Shown here: positions 36,326-50,319 of the stretch, in pieces
How the letters are laid out: each line of letters begins with the position of its first letter
Numbering within the stretch: the first letter of the stretch is position 1
Assembly: GCF_006345805.1 (NCBI RefSeq)
Contig: NC_043013.1
Location: 29,450,001 to 29,514,000, forward strand
Origin: Octopus sinensis
Lineage: Eukaryota
Direction: 5' to 3'
Length of the DNA stretch: 64,000 bases
The notes under the pieces: model-generated
Told to the model about the DNA's origin: nothing
Seen by the model: the letters and a program-made list of their open reading frames with translations, nothing else
The model's database searches: none
Program-made: the position numbers and the translations under genes

Positions 36326-36497
36326 GCATATATACGACAGGCTTCTTTCAGTTTCCGTCTACCAAATCCACTCACAAGGCATTGGTCGGCCCGGGGCTAT
36401 AGCAGAAGACACTTACCCAAGATGCCACGCAGTGGGACTGAACCCGGAACCATGTGGTTGCTTAGCAAGCTACTTACCACACAGCCACTCCTGCGCC
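36066..36497 (-). mobile_element. SINE family A, full length
   Basis: Reverse complement of 1290-1677. Confidence 0.85.
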
Positions 36498-36820
36498 TAT
36501 TTTGTGTACTTTTAATAAAAAAAAAAGAGACGCAGAACCGAAACAAAATACTGTGTAAAGCCGAAGCACACAGATCTTTGCTCAGAAAATACGCAATATA
36601 AATAAGATTAGTGAAATAATGATACACTTGGAAAAGTCAACAAAAGAATCTTAATGTCATTGACCCTACTTGCTAAACACACCGAACTAGAGACAATATA
36701 TTTTTAACATCTGCTCAGCTAAATTTACATAAGGCCGTCGACGATGTCGTCAACGTCGTCGTAGTCATCATCATCATCATCATCATCAAAATCTTCTTCC
36801 TCCTCCTCTTCTCCCTCCTT

Positions 36821-36851
<31 letters not shown>

Positions 36852-37202
36852 ACTATGCAAAAAAAAACCCAACAAAAACAACTATGACAACAGCCACGGC
36901 AGGAACGATAGCAGCGACATCTACACCAACCCCCAACATGTGCAGCAATATCAAGCAAAACAACTCTTGCAAATTTTAAACTATTATCATTTCGTTAAGC
37001 CTATTGTCTTTCTTTTTTACCCTCTCTTCTTCAAAGCAGTGTTTTGAGTACATATTCCCTAAAAACCTCCTGGCAAGTCCATGGTTTGGGTTAGTTGCGA
37101 GGCGTGCGGTTTCAGTGAAGTTGTTAACCTCGTGTGAATGAGCTGGCATTCATTAAAGATAGATTTGCTAAAACGAGAACAACGAAAGTAGTAGTAGTAG
37201 TC

Positions 37203-37247
<45 letters not shown>

Positions 37248-37301
37248 ATGATAATAATAATAATTGTAGTAGTAGTAGTAATAGTAGTAGTAGTAGTAGT
37301 A

Positions 37302-37370
<69 letters not shown>

Positions 37371-37384
37371 TAACAACAACAACA

Positions 37385-37725
37385 CCAAGGGTTTCACGTT
37401 TTGACACAAGGCCACACATTTCAGGGAAGTGGGTAGTCGATTACATTGACCCCAGTGCTCAACTGGTACTTATTTTATCAACCCTGAAAGGATGGAACGC
37501 AAAGTCGACCTCGGCGAAATTTGAACTCACAACGTAGCGCCGAGCGAAATATTGCCAAGTATTTCGCCCGGCGTGCCAGCGATTCTGCCAGTTCACCACC
37601 TGAATAATAATAATAATGATAATGGTTTCAAATTTTGTCATAAGGGCAGCTTTTTTTGAGGGTTGGGGGAATGAGTCGATTACATCGATCCAGTGTTCAA
37701 CTGGCACTTATTTCAGCGACCCCGA
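37385..37725 (-). mobile_element. SINE family B copy plus partial copy in (TAA)n
   Basis: Minus-strand GGTGGTGAACTGGCAGAATCG...GAGTTCAAATTTCGCCGAGGTCGACTTTG; same family at 56450-57188(-), 61490-61690(+), 63757-64000(-). Confidence 0.8.
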
Positions 37726-37765
37726 ATAATTAATTAATTAATTAATTAATTAATTAATTAATAAC

Positions 37766-37853
<88 letters not shown>

Positions 37854-38244
37854 TAATAATAACAATAATAATAATAATAACAATAATAATAATAATAATA
37901 ATGATCAAGTGTGACGCGGTGATGGAGATTAAGAATTGAATTGTTGATTGTCACACCAGAATGATTTATTTGTCTGCTTGTTTACATATATTAATTTATT
38001 AAAATCTAATGAATATATACGCATCTATAAATATATTTAATCTTTTTGTTATCGGTAGAGTATTTTGTTTTTGATATGTATGTGTTTTACGCCGAATTAA
38101 TAAAAGTTCAAGTGACAGAACATCGCTCACATAAATTTTAAACTCATTAAGCTTTTCAAATCATGCAGGCCATCTGTATTTGTCGCTTTATTGAAACTAA
38201 AATTACATTCAAAGAGTATTGACATTTCGTCGACCGCTTTATAC

Positions 38245-38631
38245 ACGTATGTATGTATGTATGTGTATGTGTATGTATGTATACATGTATGTATGTGTGT
38301 GTGTATGTATGTATGTGTGTGTATGTGTATGTATGTATACATGTATGTATGTATGCGTGTGTATGTATGCATGCATGCATGTATGTATGCATATATGCTC
38401 TGTGTGTATGTATGTATGTATGTATGTATGTATGTTTGTATGTATGTGTGCACGTGTGTGTATGTATGTATGTATGTGTGCATGTATGTATGTGTGTGTA
38501 TACATATATACATATATATATACACAGAGACACACTCTCACATACACACACATATATATACACATATATGGGTGCGTGCGTGTTCATGAATGTATAAATA
38601 CATATACATACATACATGCATACATACATAT

Positions 38632-38697
<66 letters not shown>

Positions 38698-38767
38698 GCA
38701 TACATACATTCATACATACATACATATATATATATAGAGAGAGATATATAGATATATATATATATGC

Positions 38768-38846
<79 letters not shown>

Positions 38847-38850
38847 ATAT
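38245..38850. repeat. (TATG)n/(TA)n microsatellite
   Basis: Directly visible. Confidence 0.95.
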
Positions 38851-39719
38851 CGGAGGAAAACAAAACTAAATACTAAAAACAGAAACAGCAAAAGTCCAGA
38901 GGACATTCACAGTTAATATTATTATGTTGACGCTCATAGAAGGAGAAAAAAGTTATAAAGTAAAAGTTACGCACGTGCACATACATATATGTACACGCGT
39001 GCACACAAACACACATCTATACTCACAGGAAAGCCTATATATGCTGACGTGTATGCTCGCGCACATTAACATGCATTTATATTTGTGTGTGTCTATGCAT
39101 GTCTATATATGTGTGTGTGTTTGTGTGTGTGTGTGTGTGCGTGTGTGTGTGTATGTGTGTGTGTGTGCGTGCGTGTGTGGGTTTTTAACTATGTCTGTGC
39201 TCGTGCTCCCACGATTGTTTTCGTATGTCTAGGGAACCGCTCTTATTTCAAACATTCAATATCGAAACCAAGATTAATGTTGTTGATTTTTTCCCCTTCT
39301 TTTTAACTCCTTTGTGTTTACTTTAGAGAGCAATAACGTTTCTAAATCCTTCAAATATCTTACGATTTTCTATAGGAGCGTTATTAATAACGAGATAACA
39401 GACAAAAATTGAGGCACAAGAAATAAACTACGGAAGCAAAAGTGACTTAACCGTTCAACAATTTTATCCACGATAATAACGCCTTTATCTGCTACAGCTT
39501 TTTTCCTGGTTGTACGAGGATAATCTGCAAATAATTAAATATTTGTTGAATATATGCATCCACACGCGCGTATTCACACATATTTATATATATATATGAG
39601 ATAAGTTTACATTTAAAGATATTAAGAGGTGTCCATCATAGGACTCCCTTACGCTAGAAGGAACAGCTAAAGTCCAGACCACTAATTAGGGATAAATTCT
39701 GGAAGGGAATGAAAAATAA

Positions 39720-41925
39720 AAGCATTTACCATCTATTTCCTGGACCATGGTTTCTGACTTTTTTTTTAGCTGGATTGGCCACGTGTTTATATGTTTAATC
39801 TTGGCGTACCTGTTGACGAAGACTTCGCCTGGCAAATTATCTGTTCGTCACATCATACCAGCTTTTCTCCATCTGGAGGTGTGGACCGAGCCAGACCCCG
39901 AGCAATTTAACTGGACCGTCTGTCCAGCAAACCCACGACGCTGTTGGACGGCATGGACTTGCCTCTCCAGGTGACGAGTTGCAAGGCCACTGATTTTTTC
40001 CGCATAAATTTTTGCTCCTGTCATCGCTTCATATTCTTGTAGTGTGTCGCCAATCAGGTAGGTCTATATGCCTGTGGCTCGACACTATGACAGTGACATC
40101 ATCGGCGTAAGCAGATACGCTTTTCCCACATCCTAGATCACGTGGAACACTCCTCAAAGTCTCCAACATCCGCAGCAGTGGCTCAAGAGTCGGGACATAC
40201 GGAAGGGGATAGAGAAGGTACCCTTGCCGAACCGAGCGCAAGATGCTGAATGGTTCTGACAGGTGACCATTCACCTGAACAACAGAGAAGATGCCGCTGT
40301 ACGAAGCAGCGATCCAACAGCGGGAAACCGTGCCGAAACTGTCTGCCCTGGGAACAGCTGCCAAATATTGATGGTCGACCCTATCGAAGGCTTTAGATTG
40401 ATCTAAATTGGTCAAATCCCCACCCATGCTAGCTTCGTTACCCACTCTCTCTATGATGTAGCGCATGAGGTGGAGGCTGTCGCGAATAGTCCTGTTTTGG
40501 ATGGTGCATATTTGCGCCTCGCTAATCAGCTTGTCCACAACAAGCGCCAACATCTTGGCTGACACCTTGGCTAAAATCTTCAACTCTGCATTCTCTGAAA
40601 TTCTCTATAACGTACCCCTTGTCTGGGTCCTTTCTCAGCAGTGCCACTATCCCTCGGCAAACAAAAGTGGGAATTCTCCTATTTTGTTGCCAGTTGAGGT
40701 AGACATCTGCTGAGAGGCTCGCAAACAAGTCTAGCATTAAAATATAAAGCTCGTAGGGCTTTATATTTTCCTCTCGTGCAGCTCTTCATCGCTTCCTCTA
40801 TTTCCGCGGCTGTTATCGGCCTTTTGCAGCACTCCGCCTCGTTCGCCGAGAATTGCAGCTGGCCGTCCACGTAGACTCAGAAGTCTGCCCTGTTATCCGT
40901 CCTACCACTCGTCACGAACAGTCGAGCAAAGTGCTGCTGAAAGGCCGCACACATATGCTTCGGGTCGAACATCTCGCACCCGTTCAGATCCACCAAAGAC
41001 CGAATGGTGGCTTTGTTGCTACGTTTTGCCTCCGCCAATCGGGCCCATCGTGCGGCTTTCGTTCCTCCCCGCTTAGTGAACGCGCCTTAGTTCTGACAAC
41101 GCACCCTTCGTGTTTGGCGACGAAACTTTGGTCGAGGGCCAACCTGGCGGCCAACACGTTGGTTGCGATGCTTGTCCTAAATGCCTAATCTAAACATCTA
41201 ACTAAATTTCACTTTATTCTATTTCTTTCTACTAAATGGATTATAATCTAATTGACCTTTTAAGAGCAAACCACCAGTTGTTGTTGACGATTGCACCCGC
41301 CAACTAAAATACTAATCCAGTCTCTATAAACTTGACACGCCGGTAACGACGTGTTCAGCTTCCAGTAACCGGGACCCTGTCTACGAAGCCTATCTAAGTC
41401 GATCGTACAGATCACGAATTTGTGGTCTGTGTAGCCGACAAAATGTAATTGTGGATAAACTATACTATCCTTATCTGCTGGCCTACAGAAGCCTCTATCT
41501 AAGTACTATCGAGATAATCCAATGCGATTTGTCCAAGTCCACATTGGCACATTCAGGTAATCTTGGCGGTACCTGTCAGACAGTTGAAAACGTTTGAGCA
41601 GGTTTTTGAGGCTTTTGCACCCCTTCTCCTATCAGATCCTCTCACACAATCGAAATGTCCAATTAAGACAGCGTTCCAATCTACTAACACAAATTTTCGA
41701 GACGTTTCCAGGAAAACCTCCAGACGCTTGAGGTAATCCGGCTGCCCAGCCAATGTCAGAGTAGAGGCAGCCACCAGTCTGAAGGCACCGTCGTCACTGC
41801 TGTTCACATCTAGGACCACCGACTTACCTTCTGGATCTAGGGAGATTACCTTTATTTTCAAATCCAGACCTTTCCAGAAAAGTACCGCAGTACCATCACC
41901 GCCGTCCCCTGACCGACTCGGAGGT
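39720..41925 (-). mobile_element. Decayed Tx1/L1-clade LINE ORF2 (AP endonuclease + RT)
   Basis: G.AVLFWK, DPEGKSVVLDV, DWNAVL (endonuclease); LDQSKAFDRVDH, VRQG..LYPL, SAYADDVT (RT); many frameshifts. Confidence 0.8.
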
Positions 41926-43639
41926 AGAAAAATAGTAATAACAACAACAACAATAATGATAATAATTGGTTCTGTGTTGGGTGGAGGAAAACGGTAGCTT
42001 GTGTGGATCATTACACTGATGGGATGCAAAATATGGATTTAACATCAATGAAAAAGAAAAAGACAATCAAATAGCGACATATAAACGACTTAAAAAATAT
42101 AACGTATAAGTTCCAAAACAGGGGCACCTGGTGAGAGAAAATTTGGACACCACACGAATCGTCAAGCTCCTTTCAACAATGACTGATATGTCTCTTACTT
42201 CTCGGGATTTTGGAAAATTGTTTTTAATCGTTAATCTAAAATTCCTACTTAAGTTAGTCTTCACAGACATCTATAGTATCCCCAGTGAATATCGACACGT
42301 ATACATGTCACTCATCCCCTATAAATTGCTTATGCGAACGTTTTTACCGTGGTGGGAGAGAGTGGCTGATAGTACAACTAGGAGCTAAGTGAGTATCTGA
42401 TCCCAATCCAGATGCCAGATAATCTTTTGTTTTCACTTTACCCAAAACTGCAACTTAGTCTCTGACACTGGTTGCGGAAATACGCACTCAGTTTGCTACT
42501 CTTCACTGTTCAGAAGTATCGTAATCACAGTACAAATCCACATACCAAACGAAACCGTAGTGCATTGTTGTATGATGCAAAACTTCACTTTCCTGTATTA
42601 CATTAAACTTTCTTTTTTGTCTGAAGGTCAAATTCAACCTAGGTAGACAATGATCAATCCACTGAGCTCTCTTCGAGGACAAAAACGAAATTATTTTTAA
42701 AATGCTCTAATTTTTGAATTGGTATTGTAGCTTTAGCATATTTGGTGCAATTTGTTTTCTACTAATGAGCTGCGACCGTATGCACGAGTTATTTATACTT
42801 ATAGTCTGCTGTATTTATGATAAAAGAATACACACATAAAAATCTAAAATCTCGTACATATTATTTTCTGAGAATTATTTCCCGTCCAGCTTAGTGACTG
42901 TTCAAAAGTTTATACTATAAAAGTAAACATTTGGTTCCTCTGTGTATGAGTGGTTGTGTAGACTACGCTGAACGGATGATGTCTTTTCTTCTCTTTTCTG
43001 GGTATGATGGCCGAGAAAATGTTATGTGTCTAACGAAAACTTCACATGATAACCATTTTATTGTGCATAAATAAGAAGCATTACAAAGATATTGTAAGCT
43101 TCGATAATCAGTTCAAAGAATTTGAAGCCCTAACATCGAACTTACAGATGAAGAATGAATGCAAAAAAAGTTCTACTTCCCGGTATCAAACATATTGTCA
43201 ATAGCCACACTTGAAGGAGTGGAAAGAAACCTCATGATCCTGGCTTATCTCTGTCCAGAAAAGTTCCAAAACGGTTCAGTACATATTCTGAATGACAATT
43301 GTGTTTCTTTTGTGGTGGAAAAACAAGTGAAGTGGGAATTATTTCCAGAAGCTTAACCTTACTAAAAATAGTCATGCCTAAATAACTGCTATAGGGAGTG
43401 TCATAACGTAGCAAACCTTCCAGAAGAAACTCAGATTACAACCGAAGCCACGTGTTATACAAAAATGATTACATTAGATTCAATTACCGATGTCGTGAAT
43501 TGATCCGAATCAAGGACTTAAGCACACCTAAAATTGATGTTGAATTAAAAGAAAATGAGCTATTTTAATCCATCAAAATGATTGTGGGGCGCAAAAGTTT
43601 TGTATTCCAAGATCTGACAGATATATTGAGAGACAGTTT

Positions 43640-44040
43640 GGAGTGGCTGTGTGGTAAGTAGCTTGCTTACCAACCATATGGTTCCGGGTTCAGTCCCACT
43701 GCGTGGCACCTTGGACGAGTGTCTCCTACTATAGTCTCGGGCCGACCAAAGCCTTGTGAGTGGATTTGGTAGACGGAAACTGAAAGAAGCCCGTCGTATA
43801 TATGTATATATATATGTGTGTGTGTGTTTGTGTGTCTGTGTTTGTCCCCCTAGCATTGCTTGACAACCGATGCTGGTGTGTTTATGTCCCCGTTACTTAG
43901 CGGTTCGGCAAAAGAGACCGATAGAATAAGTACTGGGCTTACAAAAGAATAAGTCCTGGGGTCGAGTTGCTCGATTAAAGGCGGTGCTCCAGCATGGCCG
44001 CAGTCAAAATGACTGAAACAAGTAAAAGAGTAAAAGAGTA
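43640..44040 (+). mobile_element. SINE family A, near full length
   Basis: Matches 1290-1677; tail (GTAAAAGA)2. Confidence 0.85.
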
Positions 44041-44667
44041 GAATGACATCCAGAAGTTTGTGACTTTAGGACATTGAAACATTCACTTGTTTGTCGGATG
44101 TCCATCTAACTATTCATCTACCGATTAATCTCCGCAACTAGACGAGGAGTCTCATAAAGACAGTGGAATGTCCAAGGAAAGGTCATGTTTCCCCCCACCC
44201 CTTTTTTTTACTGCGTTGAGAGAAAGTGCTCCCCTGCGACTGTTGTGTAATGTGAAGAGGAAGCAGTCTTTCAAAACAGCCTGCTTTTTTTCTGGCTGCG
44301 TTTGTTTTTTGTTCATGTATTTGCTATAAGGTCTGCTGATACGGGGCTGGTGTTGCAGTTGATGATTTTTATTTTTTTTATTTTTGCTGCTTCAGTTTTG
44401 TTGCTGTGATATTCCTGTTTGCCTCATAATTGCTTTAGGTAACTTCAAATGCCTTGAAGTGGTTTTGCACTTTTCTCATCGCTTTGGTCATGCACTTTTA
44501 AATAATTATGCTTCTCTGTGAACGATTCACCTCGCCTTCTCGAAGCACAATCACCTTTTTTTATATATATGGCTTCACTCGCCTTTTATGGTTTTCTTTG
44601 AATTGGAATTCAGTCCAACGATTGATGCTTCGAACAAACGAACTAACTTGATATTACGTTGTTGAAC

Positions 44668-45390
44668 CTCCTTCTCTTCTTCTTCTTAGTCGTCTTCTTC
44701 TTCTTCTTCTTATTCTTGTCTTCTTCTTCCTTCTTCTTCTTCTCTTCTTCGTGCTTCTTTTCGTCTTCTTCTTCTTTTCTTCCTTTCTTCGTCTTCTTGG
44801 TGTATTAGTCTGTCTTCTTCTTCTTCTTCTTCCTTCCTTCTAATCTTCTACTCCCCCATCCCCCTCATCATTATCATCTCCTTCTTTTTCCTCTTCCTTC
44901 TTCTTCTTCTTTTTTCTTTTTTCCTTCTTTCTACTTCTTCTTCTTCTTCTTCTCTTCGTCTTTTCTTCTTCTTCTCTTCTTCTTCTTCCTCCTCTACTTC
45001 CTCTTCTCTTCTTCTTCTCTTCTCCTCCTCATCTTCCTCCATTCCTCCTCTTCCTCCTTCTTATTCTTCTTCTTCTTCTCCCTTTCTTCTCTTTTCTTCT
45101 CTCTTATTCTTTCTTCTCCTCTTCCTCTTTTTATTCTTCTTCTTCTTCTTCTTCTTCTTCTCCTCCTCATCTTCCTCCCATCCTCCTCCTCCTCCTTCTT
45201 CTTCTTCTTCTTCTTCTTCTTCTCCTCTTCCTTCTTTTTCTTCTTCTTCTTCTTCTTCTTCTTCTTCTTCTTCTATTCCGCCTCCTGCTACTGCTGCTGT
45301 TCCTCTTCCTTCTCTTCCTTGTTTCTTGTTGTTGTCGCTGTTATTAATGTCTTCCTCTGCTTTCTTCTTCTTCTTCTTCTTCTTCTTGCT
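44668..45390. repeat. ~720-bp degenerate (CTT)n polypyrimidine tract
   Basis: Directly visible. Confidence 0.9.
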
Positions 45391-48197
45391 GTTGATAAAC
45401 GCTTTCGTCCCGCGTTTTATTCAACTTTTACCTAATATTTTCAAATGCGTTATTGTTGGTGTTTTCGGTGTTGAATTTGTTATTATTTTCATTTCCGTCT
45501 ATTTTGCCATTTTTCATCTCGTTTTTATTGTTGTTGCTACAATTATTGCTGTTGTTGTTGTTGTTGTCGCTACTGCTGCTTTTGCTGCTGTTCTTGTTTA
45601 ACACTTGGTCAGCTCTGATTGAGCAGGCTTTCGACAAAATACACCCAGGCAGCATTCATTATGGCATTCTTGAATGTGTAACGTGACCGACAAAGTTGCG
45701 TGACCTGGTGGTGTGGCTGTTAAGTTCACGATCGTCAAGATATGGGTTCAGTTCTCAGACCGAAGAGCATGCTGTATCCTTGAGCAAGTCATTTTATTTT
45801 ACCTGTTGTTTCAGTCCATTCAGTTGTAAACGATTACCTGTCGCATCTGGAGGATTAACCTTGTGCCTCTGGGTCCCCGTTCAGTGACAAAGCTTTTCTA
45901 TCCTCTGTCACTTAAATGCCATAGAAACTGGGATAATCTCTAATCTTTGAGTTTGAAGAGTTCAGAAACCATTTATCTAGTACTATGTTGTTTCAGTACG
46001 CCGGACAAAATGCTTAATAGGATTTCGTCTGCATTTATGTCCTTAGTTCAACCACCGAGACCGACTTCATCTTTCATCTTTTAAGGATCGATGAAATAAG
46101 TACCAGTCAGCATTTGGATGATATAATCGACTACGCCTCTCCTCCAAAATTTCACGAATGACCTTTGATCGTTTTATTTATTTTTCAAACTATATTACTA
46201 ATTATACCTCTGCTTGTCTTCTTTCATATTTATTTTGCTTCTTTCTTCAAACTTTCTCCGTATTTAAATATTTCTGGCTCATCGTTTTTCTTCGTTTATT
46301 TCTCTAAAACATTCCTTCTTTTCATGTTTACTCATTGTTTTTTTTGTTTCGATCCAATTTCTCTCTTACACCGCGTTCTTCTTATTACAATCTCCCAGTA
46401 ACCACCATTGATTTTCCTCTTTCCCTTTATCAGCCTTCTTCTTTCAGGATATCTCTCACACTTTCCTGTTTCTTTTGTCTTCTTAGCAATTCCCTTTTTC
46501 TCTCCCACCAACATCTCATAGCTTCCTCTCTTTATGTTGTCTTCTCTCGTAACCCTTCTCTTTTCCATTTCTCCTTTCACTCTTTCCCCTCTTTCCTCTC
46601 TTTCCTATTTATCATCTCTGTTTCCACTTTTTTCCTCACTCACTTGTCCACCCTCTTCTCTTCCTACGCTCATGCTCCTCTTTATCTTTCACCTTTCTTT
46701 ATCACACCCTCCTCTGCTTCCATCCTTTCTTTCTTTACCTCATTCTCTGTTATGACTTTATACAAATCTTTAGTATCAGCCGATGCTGTTATAATACAAG
46801 GAATGCAGACGATCCGTGTAGTAAGCGGTGTCATCTGTTGCATTAGTTGATATGCTGACAGTTTGATAGATTCTTTTTTAAAATCTGTTACGTGTTGCAT
46901 CATGAGATAAATCAAAGAGTGAGTGAAATGGTATAATACTTTCTTTCTTTCTTGCTTTATTTATTTGCTTCATTGTTGTGTAATAGTATAAGGTATGATA
47001 TTGGTTTTTTTCTTTGCTATTTTCCCTACAGCAAATTATAGACTATTAAAGATGGGTTTAACTAGCATAAATGTTCTACCACCTTATATATATTCAAATA
47101 TCTGTAAGCATTTTGTAGGGCGGTAAAAAGTTTTCTTGGAATCTTTTTTATTGCATTAACTTTAATTGTTTCTCTTTATATATATATTATATATATACTG
47201 GCTTAATCAGGAATAAAAGCGCTACACCCATGACCTTCGTTCTTCCTCCGAAAATGGTGACCTTTCTATGTTTGTCATGATATAGTTCGTAAAAGCATAG
47301 CTAGACAAACTTTATCCAAACACGTCACTTTAAACTATACGGTTTATGCGTCGTACAAAATTTCATATTAGGATGTTTTATCAGCTTTATGAAACTTATT
47401 TATAAAAACCAAAACCTAAATATCTGAAAGATATTAACTTGGTACGAGACAACAAATAAATCCTGGCGAATCTCTCCATCAATACTTTCACGACCTCTTG
47501 CTTCTGGATAAAGATTCTGATAAGTTTTCATCATCTATGCATCTATGCATAGAAATCACTCAAAAAGCATATGTAGACTATAACTTACTAATAAAGGATC
47601 TCCCTATTCGATAATTTACAAAAATTAATGTTCCACCGAAAAATCGTATAGAAGGAACATTCTACAAAATTCTATACAATGAAAGTATTTGAGAAGTGGA
47701 ACAGATTGTCATCAGCTTATTTTGACATAGCTGACGAGTTAGCTAGTACCTTCTTGGCATACCTGCTAAAATAGTAACTAAATATTCCTCAAATTGTCTT
47801 TGACTGTCTTACGAAATAACACTAAAGACCGTAGTCTCCTCCACTTTACATTATATATCACTACTACCGTAGCTTTTGCGCCTCAGAGCTGAATGATCAC
47901 ATACCACCTCTACGCAAGTAGTTTTAGATTCTTTCTCCTCCACCTCCTCCTCTCACCATCGGTATTATATCCACTTTTATAAGCCTGGAACTAACCTCCA
48001 CACTCAGTCCTTTTTTCCTCTGGATTCCTATGCATATGTTTTACGATCATAAACATAACAATGAATTTACCTACAACGTGTTTGGTGGCATAATGATGAT
48101 GTATTGATTCGGGATCTAATTATACACACAACACACACACACACACACACACACATACACACACACACACACACACACATGTATGTATGTATGTATG

Positions 48198-48696
48198 TCG
48201 GGTCGTCGGCGACTAAACCGGCAACCCCACCAAGCTTGCTTGGTGAGGAGGGTGTTTATTGGACACCCTGCGGGATGAAAAACAAAACCTGTCAAAGGGC
48301 GGAGGAACTCCTGAGAATCAACGGCCATCCAATAAATGTATTAAGGATGTATCATGCGCGGGGACGTAGAAATAATCGGATTGAATATCTGATCACGCGG
48401 TTAAACCATTGGGAGCGAAGGACTCCTAGCCTTTGTTTGGGCATCCTTCTAGGAGAAGGTAACTCAGGTAACTGGGATAACTCCGACATAAAACCTGCGA
48501 CTCAGTGGTTACCGATGACGTTGACTTGTTCTTCTTTTCGGATTATGGCTGCTGTTGCTTAGTGAGTGAGATTGACTCAGTGCACCGCCTTTCCTCACTT
48601 TAAAAAAAATCTTCTTGCAGAGGCATTGCACGATAACAATATTGATTAAGCTTCGTGCAATGGCCATACTCGATAATGAGGGGGCAGCCACCACCA
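48198..48696 (+). mobile_element. ~500-bp non-coding GC-richer insertion in (TATG)n, possibly a LINE-derived non-autonomous element
   Basis: Sharp boundaries with (ATGT)n on both sides; no credible ORF; classification is inference. Confidence 0.45.
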
Positions 48697-48899
48697 TGTA
48701 TGTATGTATGTATGTATGTATGTGTACATTAGGGATACGAATTTTTAATTTTTAATTTTTTTCCTCAATTTATAATTTTTAAAAACTCAAAAACAATTTC
48801 CTGCATCATATTTAGACGAGCTTTTATGCATAAGTGACTCAAGTGAACTCACTTTTGAGCTATCTTTAAAAAAGTTCACCCATGAATCCATGTTTGTAT

Positions 48900-49520
48900 T
48901 CTTATGCAAAACCTAAGCTATTTACAAAGTAGTCTTCAAGGAAAATGGTGAAATGAAGAAACACTTTGTCGATACGCTACGCAATCAGAAATAGAGCCTG
49001 CATTTCGTTGATAAACATATTGATAGAAATGAATATCAAGCGGTTGTCATCAAGAATGAAACAAGTGAAATCATGCTGGCTGCTCTGAAGCTGAGACGAT
49101 TGCAGAAGGATTGAAAAGCGTCTTGAACGAATTTCACTTGTGTGGTGCAATCTCAATGATTATTGCTGATACGCCAAGTGTGAATACAGGAAGAAAGAGT
49201 AGAGTAGTGGTTAGACTGCAAAGAATGTTCTTGAGCAAAGGCTACGACAAGCCACAATTTGTGAGCTGCCAACACCATGTCTTGGACAGAATCCTGCGCG
49301 TTAATATGGCTGAGGAGTTAGCAGGCACAAGCAACTCGCCCAACATCGAATACTTTTGTGTCAAAGAACTCATGACAGTTATGAAGAACTCCAAGGCTCC
49401 TTCCAGAATGGAACTTATGTTATTGAAGATCAAACTGGCTGGAGATATGATGTGAAGTTTCTTTTTCACTTAACCCGTGCCTTCAGGTTCTTCCATGAAA
49501 ACGGAGACCTACAGTGGTGC
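48900..49520 (+). pseudogene. hAT-like transposase relic
   Basis: ADTPSVNTG and FVSCQHHVLDRIL (DT..VNTG and CxxH motifs). Confidence 0.5.
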
Positions 49521-49654
49521 CATTTAATTTAAGAACGCTAGTATACTGATGTTAAAACATTTTTTCATATGTTCAAGTTGTAAATTGTGAATTAAGATGT
49601 ATATCAAAATAAAGAGTCTCTCACAAAAAGCCATACATTTCTTCAAAAAAATTG

Positions 49655-49874
49655 ACGTGCATAGTGATACATTAAAATATTTATAAATTCCATCCATGGG
49701 TTATTATTATTATTATTATTATTATGTTTACTCTACGTTATATCGACACAACATGATGAGATCCCATAAAACTGCTGATGTAGGTTGGAATCACTAGGCC
49801 GTAGGCGACATAGTAAAATAGCAGCTTCATATGCGTACTCAAAGCGTTTCCTGCAAACTAACTTAAAGGATGGT
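49655..49874. repeat. Second copy of the ~220-bp (TA)n-abutting repeat
   Basis: Near-identical to 27686-27906. Confidence 0.9.
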
Positions 49875-49932
49875 TATATATTATATATTATAATATATAT
49901 ATATATTATATATATATATATATATTATATAT

Positions 49933-49966
<34 letters not shown>

Positions 49967-49985
49967 CATATATATAGATACATAC

Positions 49986-50017
<32 letters not shown>

Positions 50018-50084
50018 TATAGATATAATATATAATATATATATATATATATAATATATACATAATATATATATATACATACAA

Positions 50085-50135
<51 letters not shown>

Positions 50136-50161
50136 TATATATATAATATATATATATATAT

Positions 50162-50195
<34 letters not shown>

Positions 50196-50258
50196 CTATA
50201 TATTATATATAATTATATATATATATATATATATATATACATACATATATATATATAT

Positions 50259-50319
<61 letters not shown>

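Noticed and set aside
42100-43560. Possible piggyBac-like relic (VDYAERMMSF near 42960)
   Set aside because: One weak motif, with no TTAA or TIR identified.
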